Below are positions 12,670 through 27,207 of a DNA stretch of 64,000 nucleotides, piece by piece; the stretch's first letter is position 1; each line of letters starts with the position of its first letter. Source of the stretch: the human T2T-CHM13v2.0 reference genome, Homo sapiens; assembly GCF_009914755.1 (NCBI RefSeq), contig NC_060927.1, one strand, 5' to 3'. The notes under the pieces are model-generated. The model was not told the DNA's origin, did no database searches, and saw only the letters and a program-made list of their open reading frames with translations. A program made the position numbers and the translations under genes.

Positions 12670-14314
12670 CTGCGGGAGAACACACACCTTACAGGGCCCA
12701 GTTGGAACAGGGCATGGGATCAGGGGAAGAAAACGAGGTATTCCTAAGTCACAAAGCCAGGGACCAAAGGAGCAGCCGATTACCCCAATCACTCAGACTT
12801 ATTTTGAGAACTCCTGGGAACCTATTATCTGCCAAGTGTTTTACTGACACTACAGCAGTTAAAAAAGAAGATATCTGAATTTCGAATTCACACTAGATGG
12901 ACTCTTAAAAGAAAATCTTCACTTTCTGTCTTCCAGTGACAGCTTTGAAAGCATGGTTATGCTGAGCCTGGAGTCTGGTGTTCCAAAAAGGTTTAAGGAC
13001 TGACAGGTGCAAGGCAGAAGCCTGACCACATTTTTAGTCACTTCCAGAGTTTACAGTCTTCACAGTATGGCCTTGTTATTTAGAAAGGTTAGAAATCTGA
13101 TGAGAGCGAGCCTGCGCAGAAGCCTTAAGTATGTTCCAAAGCTGAAAAGAATTGCTTTTGGCTTACCTGCAGCTTTAAATGACTCACCGCATGGCTCTGC
13201 TACACTGAGGGAACCGCTAACTACCTTTCTATGGGTTTTCTGCATTATAATATTAGAACCAGAAGGTCTTGGTTGTTCAAGGACCTCATGGTATGTGGCT
13301 GATGAGACATCTGCGTCAATGGGATCACCTTCTCTCTGCTGGTTGTTCAGCAATAGTACAAGAGGCACCTAATACCGAAAATCAAACCCAATAATCGGCT
13401 TCTGTCTGGAGACGCAGAGGGGGAAGGGAAGGCAGCCAAATTTACTGATAAGATAAACATTTTAGATTTAAAAATGCAAACTGTTGAGTTTAATCCTGCC
13501 CTTCAGTCATTCTGCTGTGATTCTAAAATCTTTTTTTAATTGAACAAGTATGGCTCTGCTTCCACATCTCTACCAATCAACCACCTCTAGTTAGTGTTGT
13601 ACGCTGGTTTTACCTTAAAGCCCAACCCCAAAAATTAGTTTGTGTGGGAGAGTGAGGCAGGAGAGCACAGTGGAAATAATCCTAGATCAGAAGCTGGGAG
13701 TTGCACGGCTTCCAGTCCTGGTTTAGTCACTAATGAGTCTTAACCTCTGTGAACCTCAATTTTCCCTTCAAAAATGGAGGGCATGGGACTACAGCTTTTC
13801 TAAGTCTCTCTACACACCGACGGGCTATCATTCACCTTTTAATGAGCTCTCATGTACTCGTGAGTCATGTAACAAATAAAATAATAACCCCTTCCTTACA
13901 CTGGATGGCACATTATTATTTCTGAAATATTTTCAAATATATTACCCTGTGGGATTAAAGCAAGAATTATTATCTATATTTTTATTAGAAATAGAGGCTT
14001 TGGGAGATTAGGTGACTTTCCTCAAATCATACAGCTAACAAATTGAAGTGTTAGGATCTGAGCCCACGAAGCCTCATTCCTGGGCCTTCCTGTACTCTTT
14101 GCCTACTTATTCTCAGAAATAAAGTTCTCTTCTACTCCCTTAGAAAACACAGAAGCTAGTCATAAGGACAGCTCATTTCCATTGGTTCAAGTTACTGTGT
14201 CCTGGGTTGCATCTCCCCATGCTGGATGTGGAGTTGGGAACAGCAAAGGAATAATGGCTCTCCCACCTGAACTTAGGATTTGGCCTGATGATATCAACTC
14301 TAAGGAGGATAGAG

Positions 14315-14438
14315 GACAATGGGGAGTGGCTGCTGATGGGTATGGCGTTTCTTTTTGGGGTGATAAAATGTTCTGAAATTAATTGTGGTAATGGTTGTAC
14401 AGCTCTGTGAAACCACTGGACCGTATACTTTAAAAAAA
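14315..14438 (+). mobile_element. L1M 3'-end fragment
   Basis: gggagtggctgctgatgggtatggcgtttctttttggggtgataaaatgttctgaaatt...tatactttaaaa. Confidence 0.7.
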
Positions 14439-15838
14439 GGAGAGGTAAGGTAGGGGACCACCTATCCTACAGCATTTAACTCTGTATCAAGCACTGAAGT
14501 TAAACCTCAATTCCTAACCCAAAGGAGCTTACACTCCAGTGGGGGGTAGTAACAAGAAAGGAGTTAAGACACAGCGAGAAGAGCAGTGGTAGGAACAAGT
14601 ACTGGTGCCATCAGAAGCAGCAAAGGGGACCACCTAACCCAATCTGAAATGGAAAGGTGACAGAAAACAAGGAGGGGCTGGCCAGGTACTGAGAGCATTA
14701 GGAATGTTCTAGGTCTTAAGTAGGATGACAGTTTAATAGGTGTCTTCCATTTTATGGTATGCTTGATAATGTACATGCATGTAACATGTATTCTTTGGCA
14801 AACAAATACTACATTACATTAAAAGGTGGCTATGCTAGTGAAAGCCGTCAAGTTTGAGTGAAGAAACGAGAGTTAGGTGGTGACCAGACTGGGAACAGCC
14901 TCAGAGCCTGTATGACGCACTAGCAAGTCTAGAGTTTATCCAGAAAATCACAATGAGCTGTTGAGTATTTTTTAAGGTGGCGAGGAGAATATGGGGTCAC
15001 ATTACCACCCGCCTATGAGAAAGATGAATCTGGCTTCTTGTAGACAAGTTCTCAGCAGTTTTGCCCATATGCTTCTGCCACGTTCATCTTATTGGCTACT
15101 GCCAGGTAGACTGGCTCAATGTGTAAATGCTAGTATCTGGGCAACAGTACATTACGAATTTGGTAGCTAAGAAAGACTTGCCATTCCCATCTTCTACTTA
15201 TCCATGGGATGTTAAGACTGTGGCCCCTTGCTACCTATCCCACGAAGAATTTTGTACTGATTTCTTCAAAATATGCTTCATCCTCTATTCCACAAAGAGC
15301 AACCTGCTACCAGGTGACTCTGCTGCCATTCTACAAACGTTGGGTTTTTAACTTGAGTTCCAGTTTCTGTAAGTCTGAAAGAAAAATCAGATGCTCTTAT
15401 TCCTCTAACACTTCTGAGCATATCAAACTAACAGATTTGGAGGTCTAGGTGTTTTAATAACTAAAGACTTCAATCAAGCTGTTGAAGTAGAGACCTTCAA
15501 GTTGATTCCCTGTAGTCCTTTTTGGATACAACAGTTGGCCTAAGTTTCTGGAAATTTCTATATATAGAAGCAGTTTTGGGAAAGCAGAGAAGCCTAATTT
15601 TCTATTGTGTGTTCTGCATGCAACTTCTAGTTTCCACATAACCAACAGCATCAAATGTACTCTATATCTCATTTGATTCTTGTCTCAAGTTTGTCTTCTC
15701 AAGATTGTTTCCTACCACAGAATCACTTAGGGGGCTAAAATTTCCTCGTAGCGACGATCACCAGTCTCACTACAGAAGCCCTGGACTTTTTCCTTAAAAG
15801 AGACCAGAGTGGGCTAAGGGTCTTGTATAATGGCTCAC

Positions 15839-15940
15839 CTTCTGCATGATGCCCTTTTCATAGTAATAGCGGAGAGAGCGGCTCAGCTTGTCATAGTTCA
15901 TGGCTGGCCGGTTCTTCTGGATGCCCCAGCGCCGAGCAAC
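15839..15940 (-). CDS. ETV5: ETV5 coding exon 12 (102 nt): [34 protein letters not shown] (ETS recognition helix)
   Basis: Acceptor CTTCAG|, donor |GTGAGC; phase 0-0; ETS signature [14 protein letters not shown]. Confidence 0.98.
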
Positions 15941-16776
15941 CTGAAGAGACAGGAAAGTGAAGAGCAATGGAAACGCATTCCCTGGGCCCCATGTTCTCTC
16001 CCAATCCCAGCAGAGCCAGTTCTGTAACCTGACTGCTTTGGTCAATGATCTGCTACTCTGACCTGGAAGGGAAGGCATTTAACTCCCTCAAGACCAAACA
16101 TTCAACAAAGGCGATGATTCAGTGACAACTACTAGGAGGTGAGACCTAGAGATGGAAGAATCCTAGCACTTTAAGATTGCAGAGGGCTTGGCTAACATCC
16201 CAGAGGATGCAGGCCCTCTACTATTTCTCCACGTATGAATTATTGACCAATACCCATAGACCATTAACGTGTTGCCATTAAGTGCTATGGTTTCTGTAGC
16301 AGTCAATAAGGAATAATTAGAATGGTCATTCCTGAAACATTAGAAACACACTAGTGAGTTGCTAATGGGCCAGCAGAGCAAAAGTTCAATTCTAATAAGA
16401 TTGGAGGGGGGCTGGGAGATGTTTACTTATTGCAGCTCATGGACTAAGGGGGAATCAGATCATTTCAGCCTGCTGCCATCCAATCCCATGCTCCCAGCAG
16501 ACTTGCAGAATGGACATGAAAGCATGTAGCACCATTATCCACTTAATGAAAAATTAACAGGGCTTTCCAAACAGTTCTGAAATGCATTATATCCAACCCA
16601 GTCCACCTGAGGCACACTGATAGGGCAATATAATTGGAGCTCTGGGCAAAGCAGCCTTCTAGCAGGAAAACTTCCTAGTAGAGTTTACCCAATTATCACG
16701 GCAGCCAAGCAATTTCTGTTCTCAAGTATATCAGCTTCCAAAATCCTACTTATGAGAATGACTGTCAAGGTAGTAG

Positions 16777-17210
<434 letters not shown>

Positions 17211-20090
17211 CCTTCGATATTTTAAAAGCCAAATGTTAAACATGGAGTAGGAATCAGAGAGAAAACAGCATTTCACATAAACCTTTTCCTTAAAATATCT
17301 AGGCAGAATGAAAGCAACATCTTCTAAATTCAGGATTCTAAAATGACCTTTCATAAAAGCCAAAAATGATCTGATAAGAATGCATCTCTCTTAATTACAA
17401 TAATAGCAATGATTCTGCTCTGCCTTGCAAGAAACCCTGTGAAAGTCCAATTTCCGTTCAGTTGCTTCATGTCCCCACAGCAGACACGATGTCCTGGGTC
17501 TCCTCTTTTCTCCATATGGTACCCACTCTACTCTACCTTTGAAACAGCCCAAAAGGCAAAATTAACCAAAAATTACATCCTGGTTAGAGAAGATAAACAT
17601 TTAAAACCAATAGAAATAATGGTAAGAAGAGACATCTGCTAACCTAATAATATACATCATTGTACCCTGTTCAAAGCAATGATGCCTTATAAAACTAATC
17701 TTTAATTGCTGTCTGCCACAAGTGACACAGGGAAATTTCAGAGAAGCCCAGCCTCATCATTTTACTATGTTAAGGGGTGGAAAACAATCCTTGAATATTC
17801 TTCAACTTCAGCGGCCACCTCTCAGCTGTCACTTGCATATGCAATTGCTTACTGGAGAAAGGTTTGGTATACGCACAGATTTCAAAGCAGCTCTGGTAGC
17901 CATAGTTACTGACTCATCCTCCCGGGCCAGAGCCCTGTGATTCTGTAGCCCTCACCACGGCTGTTCCTTCTACAGTAATGCATGAGGCGGCTCAGCTCCA
18001 GAGCAGCTGGGAATTAGGGCTGCCCCTCTTCTGGGACTGGGGAGGCAGGCAATAGCTTGTCATCAGATCTTTCTTCTCTCTCATTAGTTACTTTGGTAGC
18101 ACGTATCTTGAGGACTGAGGCTGAAGGAGTTAACGGATCTACCTATTCCTTCTCCCCTTTAAAGAGAGAGCAGCCACAGCCCAGGGAGTGGCTCTTTCTA
18201 GCAGCCCATCCCTTCAAACCTCCCAGCAGCAGTTATCTGCCACATGTTCAACAAACAACCCTACCCCCCAAAATATTCATTAATGCAGATTCACAGTTAA
18301 AATGGCTCCAGATTAAAGCCGAGTCAGTCATAATTGAGAGGGTGCTAAGCTGGATGACTATCAAAAGACATTTGATTAGGGGGCCTGCCAAAACGCAGTT
18401 CTAAAACCACAATTTCCATGCACAGTGTAATGGATATTATGGATAATTACCCAGAGTGCACTACTCAGCCACACAGCTGCCTACAATTACGTCCCAACAG
18501 CTTCCTCCTCCGCTTCACCCTTCAAGCTCCCCCATGACGACTTCTTACAGCTTTTTCCAGAAGCTGGTATCTTCCTGACATTAACAAGAACAGGGCCCTC
18601 ACAGGTATACAAGGAGGGGTGGGGGGAGCTCAGCAAATGTCACCTGTCCTGAGGCTAACGTGCACATGTGGCACCCAACTGATCCTGGGTGAAGAGAAAG
18701 GAACATTTGGAGCTTAGGGAAAGCTTGGGGACTTCAAGGTGGGGTGGAAAGCACCATTTCCTGAAGAAACAAAGCTGCCCGGTCAACCGAGGGAGGCTCA
18801 AGGACACCACAGGCTTCTCATATGACTTGGCTGCCTGGCATTTACGAGCATTCTGTATTAATATTAGTTTCTTTATTAAGTAAGAAAGCAGGGGCCCTTT
18901 GCCATCTGTTCATCATTCTCTATGCCACTGGTAGGAGTGCAGAAGATTCAATAACAGCTTTACGAAGGATCATAACCAGGTTTACCTGCAGCTGGACGGC
19001 CTGTGCTTAGGCCCGAGGCAGTGGCAATAAAATAATAAAAGCTCCTGTTTGTGAAACAAGATAAATCAATAAGGGCTGCCCACATGACAGAACTACTTTC
19101 AGAAAGCCTCAGTGAACCTAGGTGACATGCTTTTCTCAAACTTCACATAAACCAGGCCACGTTATTCAGAAAGCAGTGAGGAGAGGCATGGGTCGGCGTG
19201 GGGTGGATGGCTCTGCAGGGATGCTAGAAGCCTAAAACATGGCTCTATTTCTACATGGCCAGAAAAAAACACGTAGGCACTAAACTAACACAGTGGCACT
19301 CAACTCCAGCTCTGAAGGTAGACTGAACCGAATAGAAGCTGTTTAATTAGTCCATCTAGAGATGCTGACACATTTCCATTCTCGTGAGTGAATATAAAAC
19401 AGGGAACACATAGGCACATCTTGTTTTCTAATTGCCTTGAATGAAGTCTGCCTTCTTCTCCTATCAATCAGGATTCTTCATAAATTTCTAATCCACACAT
19501 TCTCCTCCTTTTCCCATTTGAATCTTTAGACCACTTTCTTGTTCCAAACCAAGTCCCCGGTTGCTACCTCCTCCTGTTAACCCCATGCCAGCGTATTTCT
19601 CTGGTGTGCTAAAGCGAGCCCTAGAGTTAACTGAACACTGAAAACAGCAATTCTCGTTCAAATGCTTTCTAAGAGTGTCTAAGAGTGTTGTTCCCAATTT
19701 AATTATACCCAACCCAAAGATGCCTTTTGATCTGCTGGTTTAATTTATATGCCTAAGAACATGCTACTAAAAGAAGCATATGTCAGTTTTTTTGGGCAGT
19801 TATTTCTGTTCCATTTATAATCTCTCTAGATTCTAAATCAAACAGAAATTAAAAATCAACCCCTTTAGAATATGCTATACTGAGAGCCTGATTTAATTTA
19901 CTTTGTTATGTGATATTCAGGAAAGGGATTCTAGGGTGTGTCTTCTCCACTGAAGAAACGGCACTGGTTCTGTCAACAGTGTATTTCTGTTCTGGGCACA
20001 AAAACAGTAACAGTGTTTTTTTCCTATTAAAATAACTGAGGTTTGTATCATCTCTCAACTACTCTATTGTGATGTCACATAACACACTTT

Positions 20091-20357
<267 letters not shown>

Positions 20358-20883
20358 TAACACACCTTTGAAAAAAAAAATCTAAGCTCATTAAGATTGA
20401 GCCACCTCTGATAATTTTATTTCTCCAGGCTACAGCCATTTGAAATACACAGTGGGTAGTTGTATCCTGTAATATATTGTCAAAATGTCATACAGTATGT
20501 TCACGTAGACTCAGAGATAGACTATGGCCCACAGGGGCTAAGACCAAAACAAGTCTGTATCATTGAAACAGCACCTGAAAAAGACTTTCCAAGAGGGAGA
20601 GCATATCCTATTTGAATATAAGTCTTCATGATCTTGCCCCCTAAATTTTGCAGAAGTGTTACAAATACTTTTCATGTATTCTACACTGGAGAACTCTGCC
20701 TGTCCATGTATTAGAAACTGTCCCATTAATAGGAGGGATACAGCCAAGCCCACTGGCCAGGCCAGAATATGAATGAGAAGCAAGAGCAGACTTGACACAA
20801 AAAGCCTCAATGGAAATCTAAACAAAAAACATAATCAACAACAACAAATCAAAACCCGTCTGAGTCCAGCATCCAGTGCATAC

Positions 20884-21053
20884 CTCTTCCGGTTCTATCA
20901 GCTTGAACTCCATGCCTCGACCTGTCCAGGCAATGAAGTGGGCATTGGCTGGGTCATCAAGAAGGGTGACCAGGAACTGCCACAGCTGAAGGGAACCTCG
21001 CCTCTGGTAAGGGGGCCCCTCTCGATACATGGTAGGCTCCTGTTTGACTTTGC
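20884..21053 (-). CDS. ETV5: ETV5 coding exon 11 (170 nt): [56 protein letters not shown] (start of ETS domain)
   Basis: Acceptor AAACAG|, donor |GTATGC; ETS signature LQLWQFL...IAWTG..EFKL. Confidence 0.98.
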
Positions 21054-21231
21054 CTGTTTGGGACAAGGACACATCACACAATAGCTTAGTCCTAAGTTTC
21101 TCAGGTGGTTGGGACAAAAAGGAGTTGTTCATGCTGATTTAATCACTGGACTTGGGAAGAGAGTCATGGCTGAGGTGTTCTGACACCTCCAAACCTCTAC
21201 CTGGCAACAAACCTTGGATGGGGCTACTTAC

Positions 21232-21300
21232 CTTCCAGTCTCTCAGGCACAACACAAGTGTCGTCAAAGTATAATCGGGGATCTTTTTCATATGAAAAAC
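21232..21300 (-). CDS. ETV5: ETV5 coding exon 10 (69 nt): FSYEKDPRLYFDDTCVVPERLE(G)
   Basis: Not in the ORF track; read manually. Acceptor CTTTCAG|, donor |GTAAGT; phase 1-1; contains the conserved PEA3 DDTCVVPE motif. Confidence 0.95.
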
Positions 21301-22411
21301 CTGAAAGAGAATTTAAAAGAAAGACTACGTTGCTTAACAAATTCTGTGTTGTACTAAAACTATGGATTTAAGGACTAGAGTGCAATCCTATCATTTCAGA
21401 TCCTAAGTCCTACTGCTGTATCTATGGCAGACTGAATTTTCAGGGACTTCAAGAGGGCTTAGGCATTCCAATTCTGATGTAATCACCTGCGCCTCAGTCA
21501 GAGCAGCATCAATTCCTGCTTTTACAGCTAAGACTGCAGGGAAGTGCTGAGTCACCAGTACGTTCCTTTGCATTTTGCTTCTGAGGTCTGCATGGATCAA
21601 TGTTGCTCTGACTAAGCCTTTACAGCTGGAAACACATCTCTATTTCAGTTGGCCTAGCTGGATGGATTTGGTTGATCTGTACACAGACCTGCCATTTTCC
21701 TTTTAGCTAAAATTAATTTCAACCTTTCCTACTAACTCATCCAAGCTACTCACATACCTCGTTCAATTACGAAAGAGCTTGAAGGGTAAAGAATGTTGCC
21801 AAAATGAATAAAGACTTGGGCCTGTAGAGGATTTCGAAAGCAGTATTGGGGGTATTATTACCAAACAGTGGAGAGGATCTGAAAAGACTTTCTAGCAATG
21901 AAACAAATTCACTGTATAGATGACAAAACAGAGGTCAAGGAGGAACTGGCCCAACAACACATGCAAACGAAATAAAAGAAGGCAAGGCAAAAAGTTAAAG
22001 GGCTCAAGAAGGAAGGATGGCCTGACAGTCTTCATCCACAAACCCCTAATATACACTCAGTGCTAACCACCATGTCGCTAGGCACCTTGTCAAGATTGGT
22101 GGTTCAAATCAAAGCCAGGTAACAGATAACTTGGATGGGGTCACATCCCTCCTTGTAGTTCAGCCTGTCTCAAGGTGTAAGGTCTCCAGTGCATACTCCT
22201 TTACCAGCACACGTCTTAGGAGAATGCCCCAGGGCTCCTGTCTGATAAGCAGTGCTTCCCTGTGCTCCGTTTTCCTGTCAGTTCACCTGGCTCATACTAC
22301 AGGTCTGTGTGTGTTGGATAATGCAGTGGGGGCAGGCAGGTGAAAAGGCTCTGCAATGAAGGACTTCCATTAGATCTGAGAAGGATTCACTGCGACTTAA
22401 AAAATCCACGA

Positions 22412-22868
22412 GGCTGGGCACGGTGGTGAGCAATTATAATTCCATGAGCAATTATAAGGTTTAAGGGTTCTGAATGAGGATAGCCATAATAACAAGTGCT
22501 ATGTGGCTTACGGAGGAGTAGGAAATAAGTGATTTTAGATTGGTTTGTTGAAGACAAATAGCCTGTAATCTCAGCGCTTTGGGAGGCCAAGACGGGTGGA
22601 TCATCTGAGGTCAGGAGTTCGAGACCAGCCTGGCCAACATGGTGAAACCATCTCTACTAAAAATACAAAAAATTAGCCGGGCATAGTGGTGGGCGCCTGT
22701 AATCCCAGCTACCTGGGAGGCTGAGGCAGGAGAATTGCTTGAATCCAGGAGGCGGAGGTTACAGTGGGTGGAGATCACGCTATTGTACTCCTGCCTGTGC
22801 AACAGAGAGAGGCTCTGTCTCAAAAAAAAAAAAATAAAATAAAAATAAAAAATAAAAAAAAAGAAAGG
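22412..22868 (+). mobile_element. Alu (S type) interrupted after 15 nt by a NUMT
   Basis: ggctgggcacggtgg [134-nt insert] gcctgtaatc... then A-rich tail; TSD aaaaatccacga (22400-22411) / aaaaatccgtga (22869-22880). Confidence 0.95.
22427..22560 (-). pseudogene. NUMT: fragment of mitochondrial ND4 inserted in an Alu
   Basis: Reverse complement translates (mitochondrial code) to [38 protein letters not shown], matching recalled ND4 [33 protein letters not shown]......LMIAHG. Confidence 0.9.
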
Positions 22869-25005
22869 AAAAATCCGTGAGTAAAGGTGCCAAGGTATAA
22901 TTTCACCATTCTTTGTTTCTTCAGTCAACCCAGATCAAGTAGCTTCTTGGCAGGAGCAGCACCATTTTTAAGAGGCCTGGGACTGAAGAAACTCTGCACA
23001 ACTGAGACTGCTTTGAGGTTTATATTATTCATTTTTGTTTTCTCAGCCCTAAGCATTAGTTCTCTGTTGCTTAACGACATCAAAGTCTATTTTATTGTCA
23101 TTTATATATTATTTAATCCACTAAGTATTTATGCCAGGCGTTGTGCTAGAAGGGAGTAGGTAGCCAGGCGAATGTAGACTTGGTCCTTGTTCTCATGGAG
23201 CCTGCATCTCAACTGGGGGCGACAGACAATAAAGGAGAAAAAGAAACGAGAGGTGGCATAGTACTGATGGACTCCAGTCAGCTGTGCGATCTTGAATAAA
23301 TTAATCTCTGTGCTCCAGTGTCCTCATTGCAGCAGATAAAAATTCCTACCTTATGGTGTTGTTATAAGAGTTTAATTTAGTATCATTCAACTGATCTATT
23401 TCTCTATCTTCATACCAGAGTGCCAAGAGTAGCTCCTGGTACATAAGTGTGTAATAAATGGTAGTTAAAAAAATAAACATAGTCATTGTACAACATTGTG
23501 GTAAGTGCTATTAAGAAATTAACTGAATAATGTCAGAGCTTGATCTTATATCCTCCACCAAAGATTCTAAATTCCTTGAGGATAAGGATCGTATCTTGGT
23601 ATCTTAGTGTCCTCATGGCACCTTACACATAAGTACTAAATAAATATTTGAATAAATGAGAAGTTTTATAGTCTTCATTAAAAAATATTTAAGAATATAA
23701 TGCTAACTTTTAAGTCAGGGATTCAATGACTCCTGATAAATTTATTTTCCAATTTGGCACTAAACTGACTTTTATGACCAACTGGTATACTCTGTATTAC
23801 CAACAAGACTTTCATAATCCACTATGCTTCAAACATTTTGCCTTGCCTGCCAGGAAGCTACATATTTCCCGATCTTCCATATGTATTTTGATATTCCGGT
23901 GATGTTTTAATGGTCTTATTATAAAGTCATTACAAGCGAACTACTTCAAGTTTACGTATCTGTCAAACTTGCCATGTTATTTTCAGAGTTCTTCTCCTCT
24001 AAGGTAAGAAAAATACATTCACAGTATGTAGAAAAAAACACAACCACCTACATCTAGAAGAAATTCTCAGTTTGGTTTTCAAAGCTAATCAGATGAAGGT
24101 CTGCCTATAAGAAGTATCACTGCGGTGTATCTTGTGGTTTCTAGTCATCGCCACATGTGGTCCTCTACACCATCTGGAAGATACTATTGGTTTAAGTGAA
24201 ATTTAAGTCAGTTGAATTTGAGCCAGCAGTTATATCAGTTGTGGCCACAATCATCTAATCACTCAAATGAAGGTGGCAGGAAGGAAGACCTGTTTGAGGG
24301 GCAAACTAGAAACGAAAGACTCAAAACATTATGCAAGGACTCCAGGTGAACACTTAAGGCAGGATGGCTATCTTAGCAATCACAGATGCCAATCAGAAAC
24401 ACTTGTTTCCTTAACTGTTTCACAGGCATCTGTGGTCAAGCCTGTATAAGGATAGGAAAAGCATGTCAGGGTAATTTAGAACAATTAAAAATGCTGGATT
24501 CTTTGAAACTAACTTCTTTGATGTGTGTGAAGTCAGGGAAAGGAATGGGAAAGGGTGGAGGGAAAACACACACAAATGCACCAGATAGTCTGTGTGTAGT
24601 AAGCAACCCAATGCCTTGCTAAAAATATTTCCCTTAAGAGCATGCTCTTTCCTAAATGTTGTAATTATGCAAAATGTTTTCCTCCCTCTCTTCCCCCACT
24701 CCCTCCTAGTTTGCCTGCTGCAGACATCAACTGCTTCTGTAGAAACATTCAGGAACCTCAAAGAGCCCCATGCAGCTGTGCCCATCACAGCCAGTGTCCG
24801 GGAGACAGCCCTGCCTTTCCAGGGCTGGACACTTACTCAGAACATCACAGGGTACCCAGTGAAACAACACTCGGTCTCCCATCTAACCAAGTGAGTGCGA
24901 AGCAGCTACCCATAAACACGGCTCTTATGAACTAATCACTTATAAAAGCCACCCAATGCTTCATGAGTATCAGCTCTTTTGACTTTCATTTAAAATGACA
25001 GAGAC

Positions 25006-25363
25006 CAGTGGTTCTCAACCTTGGATGCACACTGGAATCACCTGGGGAGCTTTAGAAACTACTAAAGCCTGGGTCCCACCCCAGAATTTCTGATTTAATT
25101 GCTCTGGAGGAAACCTGGAAATCTACATTTTTAGAAGCTCCTCAGGTAATTCCAATGTTTGACCAAACTTGAGAACCGTTACTACTCAGTAGATTTCAAA
25201 CTTGAAGGTGCATCAGAATCTCCTGCAGGACTTGTTAAAACACAGACTGCTGGGCCCCACCGCTGGGGGTTCTGATTCAGTAGGCCTGGGATGGGTCCTG
25301 AGAATGTGCATTTCTAAAAAGTCCCAGGTGAAGCTGTTGCCACAGATTTTGGGAATCACACTG
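25006..25363. mobile_element. Two adjacent MER5-family MITEs
   Basis: cagtggttctcaacc...ttgagaaccg, then cagtagatttcaaact...tctgattcagtaggcctggg...cacactg. Confidence 0.75.
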
Positions 25364-26183
25364 CTTTAAATCTTCAGGGAGAAATACACTTGAGAAAAAG
25401 AAGACATACATCTGGGGAAGGTGTTCTAAAAAAACTTCCCTATTTCAATGTTTAGAAGGGAACTCCTCAATCCACCATACCAAGTTAGCCTTTGCCCAGA
25501 AGGGTAACTTTAAGCTCTGAGCCCACCTCTCCAGGCCTTTCATATCCCTCAAGCATGATCTCAGTCCCTACCAGGGCTCCTTTCCATCAAATGAGCCCAC
25601 TGATTTGCTACTGTCATTCATTTATGCAGGAGCTTAAAAGCCCGATTATCCTCCCCCAACAAAAGGATCCCTTCTTCCTTTTGATTCACATCTAATTACT
25701 TCTTTAGATAAATCGTAAAATTTAAAAATCTGTGACAATGTACTAAAAACAACAACAAAACAGACCCTCACAAAAACCGGCAGCAGATGCCTTAAAAAAT
25801 GTCATACCCTCCTTTACCCAGAAATTTCAGAAACTTAGCTTCAAGAATCAAGAGAACAAGAAAACACTTAGCTAGATGAATGTTCATGGAATTTGAGAAT
25901 AACCTGGAAGTACCCACTTTTCAGCAATAGGTGATTAGCTAAAAGCATCCCCATGCAATGAGTACTGTGCAGCCATTAATGAGGAAATCATAGTGTAATG
26001 TTGGGTGCTATAGAGATGACATTGGCTGTGAAATATGGAAGGAGATGAAGAGTATGGGCTCTGGAGCCACAGGGCTTGGCTTAGAGTTCTGGCTCTACTC
26101 TTACAGCCACGTGCCCTTGGGCACATCTTTTCTCCTTTCTGAGTCTCGGTTTCATTACCCTATGGGGCAAATAGAAACATCTA

Positions 26184-26450
<267 letters not shown>

Positions 26451-26798
26451 CCCAGAAATATCTATCCTATAGGGCTGCTATGAGAATTAAACAACTGAAT
26501 TTATGCATCTAAAGAACACATAACAGTGTCTGAAACATAGTAAATGTTCAATTTGAGTTAATGACTATTGTTTAAAAAAAGACTATAAAACAATGAGTCC
26601 TATACGATCTGTATAATCCTATATTTACATATGCACAGCAAAGATTGAAAGACTATGTAGCAAGTTAATGGTTATCTCTGGGCAGTGAGATTTAATTTTC
26701 ATCTTTTTGTCTGTTTGTATTTTCTGAATTTTATGTAATCAGTATTTATTGCTTGTGCTAAAAATAAGCTACAAAAGTTTATATTTGAAAGAAAACTA

Positions 26799-27207
<409 letters not shown>

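Noticed and set aside
13007-13372. Overlapping 121-aa and 102-aa ORFs in the last intron
   Set aside because: No homology evident; the frame that would continue from exon 12 stops after 7 codons.
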